A stretch of 64,000 bases of DNA from Bacteriovoracia bacterium (GTDB taxonomy: Bacteria; Bdellovibrionota; UBA1018; JBFWNL01), in the NCBI GenBank assembly GCA_050251055.1, contig JBFWNL010000002.1:32001-96000 (forward strand). Direction: 5' to 3'. The stretch's first letter is position 1, and each line of letters begins with the position of its first letter. Shown one piece after another: positions 60,944-64,000 of the stretch. A program made the translations under genes and the position numbers. The notes under the pieces are model-generated. The model made no database searches and was not told the DNA's origin. It saw only the letters and a list, made by a program, of their open reading frames with translations.

Positions 60944-61080
60944 TCACAAAAAAAATAATTTATTATAAATTTAAATAGTTTATATAATCATATAACTAGT
61001 TAAATTAATTAATTTTTTTTATAATTTATAGTTAATTTTGTTCACAGATATTAGAAAATAAATTTGACTATTAACGCAAT
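60944..61080. other. Extremely AT-rich intergenic tract with imperfect dyad symmetry
   Basis: About 90% A+T by eye within a roughly 60% GC background. Confidence 0.85.
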
Positions 61081-61122
61081 GCAATGTAATCTGGATTCAC
61101 TAGGTAGTTCAGACTCAAAGTA

Positions 61123-61183
61123 ATGGTGAGTGAATCTAGTTAGAAATACCTCAGGCCCCAAACAAACTAGATTCACTCACCAT
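61123..61183. repeat. Perfect 19-bp inverted repeat (hairpin, 23-nt loop)
   Basis: ATGGTGAGTGAATCTAGTT (61123-61141) and AACTAGATTCACTCACCAT (61165-61183). Confidence 0.9.
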
Positions 61184-61213
61184 GCCCCAACGGTTTGCGT
61201 TATAGTCGGGGCC

Positions 61214-64000
61214 ATGCAAGCCGCCAAATTCGAAATCCTCAAAGAATGTTTCCATCGCCTGCCCGTTCGGTTCTCCCAAGACGGCAACCAGGGGAAAATC
61301 CACCTCGAGGATCTAAAGGACCTTCAGTGGAAGGGCGGCGGACTACTTGACCAGGTTCCTGCGGGACCGCTCACCCAATCCAAGGCGCTACGCCTAGAAG
61401 GACAGGGCGCCTCCGCGACCATCCAGATCGATCTCTCCGTCAACGGCCCCGAGATCCTCACCGCATATCACGCGCTGGCCGACTGGGCGGAGATGGTGAT
61501 GAATGAAAATCCCCTAGCCCCCACGATCTGGGGCGAACCGCACGGCACCTCACCCACCGGTTTCAACGAAAAGAAAGAATCCCTCAGCCACGAGCTGCTT
61601 AAAAAAATCTACGCCGACAAGTTCAACGTCCCGGAAAAGAAAGCCTTCATCATCGATCTCGCGGAATCGCATGGCGCGTATATGGTCTCGGTTTCGCCCG
61701 AGCGGCACTCCATCGTCGACGGCGCCGCCCAGATCGCGAGCCTTACCCTTGGCTTCAACCACCCCGCGAAGCAAGCCATGGCCCTACGACCCGAGGTGAT
61801 CGACCCGGCCCTTGACCTGAAGCAGTGGGACGTCTACCAGGCCTTTACCTTTTTAATGAAGAAGGAGAGTGGCTTTCCTCATTGCTACCTCGTCAATTCG
61901 GGCGCTGAAGCCAACGAGACCGCGCTAAAGAGCTGCCAAATGCGCTATCCCAGCCGCCGCCGCGTGATCGCGTTTGAAGGCTCTTTCCACGGCCGCTCGG
62001 TGCTGACTCTGCACGCCACCTACAACCCCTCCAAGCGCGCGCCTTTCGAATTTTGCCAGGAATACATCGAATTCATGCCGTTCCCAGAGTGGAAAACGGT
62101 TTGGGAGCCCGTGAGCGAACCCGCAGAATGGATTTCACTGTGGGCTTCGGCCAAGTCGCCCGATCTGCCCACGCAGGTGCAAAAGCTCGTGAACGCGACC
62201 AACGATCCGTTACTGCGCGCCGAATGCGAGAGCTTGCTCAAGATTCGCGAATCGATCCTCCGGGATCCACCGCTCGCCGTCCTCATCGAGCCCATGCTCT
62301 GCGAAGGCGGCGACCGCTACGGCACGAAGCGCTATTTCCGCGGTCTACGCCTGCTCACGCGGGCGCTAGACACCGCGTTGGTGATCGACGAGGTGCAGAC
62401 GGGGCTGGGCCTGGGCGGTGAATTCTTGTGGTTCAAGAAATTTGACTTGGTCGACGCCCAAGGGCGGTCGGATCTTCCCGACGCGCTCGTGCTCGCCAAA
62501 AAGGCCCAGGTGGGCGTTTGCCTGACGCATTTTGAAATGGACGTACCCCTGGAAACCTCGGCCGCATCTATTTATCGCGGCTACCTGCAGGCCGTCTACG
62601 CTCGGGACTTTAATTCAGATCGCCTCGCCGCCTCGGTGAAAGAATATTTGATCGCATTGCAGAAAACCCTGGGCCGGGAGCTGATCGAAAACCCGCGCGG
62701 CTACGCGCTGGCATTTGCATTCGACGTCCCCTCGGCGGACATCATGAACAAGCTCGTGGAGGCGCGCTTCGGCAACGGAACCCTCTTTTACCCAGCCGGG
62801 GATCAAACCCTGCGCTTCCGCCTCATGAGCAGCACGACGGAGGAAGAGCTGGGGCAGATTTTCCTTTCGCTCTATAAATGTTTTCTTACGCTGGCGGACC
62901 ATGGGGTACTCCCCAAGCAACCCGCCGTAAGCGATTGGGTCCAGAACCTGCCCCCGGCCCAGCGCCGCGTCGTCGAGGAACTGGTTAAGCGTGCGCCCGG
63001 TGAGCAACGCCGCATTCCCTGGGGCGATCACTACTCTTTCCGCGACTTCGCCGGCTACATGAAGGTCACCTCCACCCAATGGCAGCGCCTTTTCGTCGTC
63101 ATGGCCAAACACCACCCCGGCCTCCTGCGTTCGCGCTGGAATCGCGAGTTTCCGCTCGACCGCCTGAACGCGATGTCGGCGCAAGATTTATGGAAGTTCT
63201 ACGAAGCGACGCCAGAGTTCACCCGATTTGATCTTTGGTGGCAGTCCGCGCGGCGTTTTGGCTTCAAACTCGAACGCTTGTCACGCGACCGGATCGGGGA
63301 GATCCGCCCCCAAATCGGGCGCCTGGAGAAACTCGTATACGAGCCCGTGCGCCAGGACGACCCCGAGATGTTTTACGAAGTCGCGAAAGACCCGAAGAAC
63401 ATTTTCCTCGCCTCTTTCATGCCGAATGGCGAAATTGCCGGCTTCTCGGCGGCGGCTCCGCTCTCCCACTTCCCCGAGATCCAGCTCGTGAAGCATGATC
63501 CGCTCATCCGGGATGCGAACGCGCTCTACTCGATCGATCTTTCATGCCGGCCCGAATTCCAAGGAACGGGCTTGGGCTTTCGCCTGAAGTGCGAACAGTA
63601 CATGGAAGCCTGGCGTAGCGGCGTGACTCACATCCGCAGCCGCAACCGCTTCCCGGAGGCCGCGAAGATGGCCGCGCTCAACCGGCGCATCTCGACCGTG
63701 ATCGTCGACGAAAACCCAAAGGACTACGAAGGTGACGGGTTATCGCTCTACCAAAGCGTGCACATTCCGACGGGGACGGCGAACATTCGGCTCCACGATC
63801 CGCGTTTTGCGGGGATGAAGAATAAGGTTTCCCTCGCCAACTTCGTGAGCGAAAACTACGTGCGCACGATGCTCCTGATGAAGGAGGTCCTGCCCGACGG
63901 GCTCAAACACATTTATCTCGCCAGCGGACGCTGCGAGGCCATCGATAAGTCCATCAAGCTCATGCGATATTTCCGCCCGAAGGCGAAGTACGCCTTGAGC
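61214..64000 (+). CDS. Class III aminotransferase - GNAT - second aminotransferase-like fusion, 3' end outside the window
   Basis: Manual translation is open to the edge (929 codons): LGFNHP, NSGAEANE, FEGSFHGR, IEPMLCEGGD, IDEVQTG, LAKKAQVG; GNAT RPEFQGTGLG; then NKVSLANF and YLASGRCEAIDK. Confidence 0.85.
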   Translation, partial: MQAAKFEILKECFHRLPVRFSQDGNQGKIHLEDLKDLQWKGGGLLDQVPAGPLTQSKALRLEGQGASATIQIDLSVNGPEILTAYHALADWAEMVMNENPLAPTIWGEPHGTSPTGFNEKKESLSHELLKKIYADKFNVPEKKAFIIDLAESHGAYMVSVSPERHSIVDGAAQIASLTLGFNHPAKQAMALRPEVIDPALDLKQWDVYQAFTFLMKKESGFPHCYLVNSGAEANETALKSCQMRYPSRRRVIAFEGSFHGRSVLTLHATYNPSKRAPFEFCQEYIEFMPFPEWKTVWEPVSEPAEWISLWASAKSPDLPTQVQKLVNATNDPLLRAECESLLKIRESILRDPPLAVLIEPMLCEGGDRYGTKRYFRGLRLLTRALDTALVIDEVQTGLGLGGEFLWFKKFDLVDAQGRSDLPDALVLAKKAQVGVCLTHFEMDVPLETSAASIYRGYLQAVYARDFNSDRLAASVKEYLIALQKTLGRELIENPRGYALAFAFDVPSADIMNKLVEARFGNGTLFYPAGDQTLRFRLMSSTTEEELGQIFLSLYKCFLTLADHGVLPKQPAVSDWVQNLPPAQRRVVEELVKRAPGEQRRIPWGDHYSFRDFAGYMKVTSTQWQRLFVVMAKHHPGLLRSRWNREFPLDRLNAMSAQDLWKFYEATPEFTRFDLWWQSARRFGFKLERLSRDRIGEIRPQIGRLEKLVYEPVRQDDPEMFYEVAKDPKNIFLASFMPNGEIAGFSAAAPLSHFPEIQLVKHDPLIRDANALYSIDLSCRPEFQGTGLGFRLKCEQYMEAWRSGVTHIRSRNRFPEAAKMAALNRRISTVIVDENPKDYEGDGLSLYQSVHIPTGTANIRLHDPRFAGMKNKVSLANFVSENYVRTMLLMKEVLPDGLKHIYLASGRCEAIDKSIKLMRYFRPKAKYALS

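Noticed and set aside
60960-61046. Possible dif site or oriC in the AT-rich tract
   Set aside because: Only a weak XerD-like half-site and two-mismatch DnaA-like boxes; no dnaA/dnaN context.

Overview
A GC-rich (about 60% by eye) bacterial chromosomal segment. Gene content (TIGR02147 regulator, vWA and FecR-type surface proteins, many secreted proteins and lipoproteins) suggests Bdellovibrionota/Oligoflexia, but this is inference. Housekeeping genes include valS, leuS-lptE-holA, gpsA with a PlsB-like acyltransferase, hpt, tatA, nadB, alr, nrdAB (with two NrdR boxes), a PhoH2-type protein and DciA, mixed with uncharacterised exported proteins. I found no rRNA, tRNA, CRISPR array or transposase. 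Two large genes run off the window edges and are missing from the ORF track: a degenerate biotin-carboxylase homolog (left) and an aminotransferase-GNAT-aminotransferase fusion (right). The most notable signals are: (1) a putative sigma-54 regulon of six -24/-12 promoters with a shared TGTC-N9-GACA enhancer-like motif, mostly in front of exported proteins, including a head-to-head pair of paralogous six-Cys lipoproteins; (2) two structured non-coding elements (4.7 kb and 61.1 kb), the second next to an extremely AT-rich island; (3) several apparent pseudo-enzymes or truncated signalling modules; (4) frequent leaderless-type promoters. All family assignments come from manual motif recognition, not database searches.
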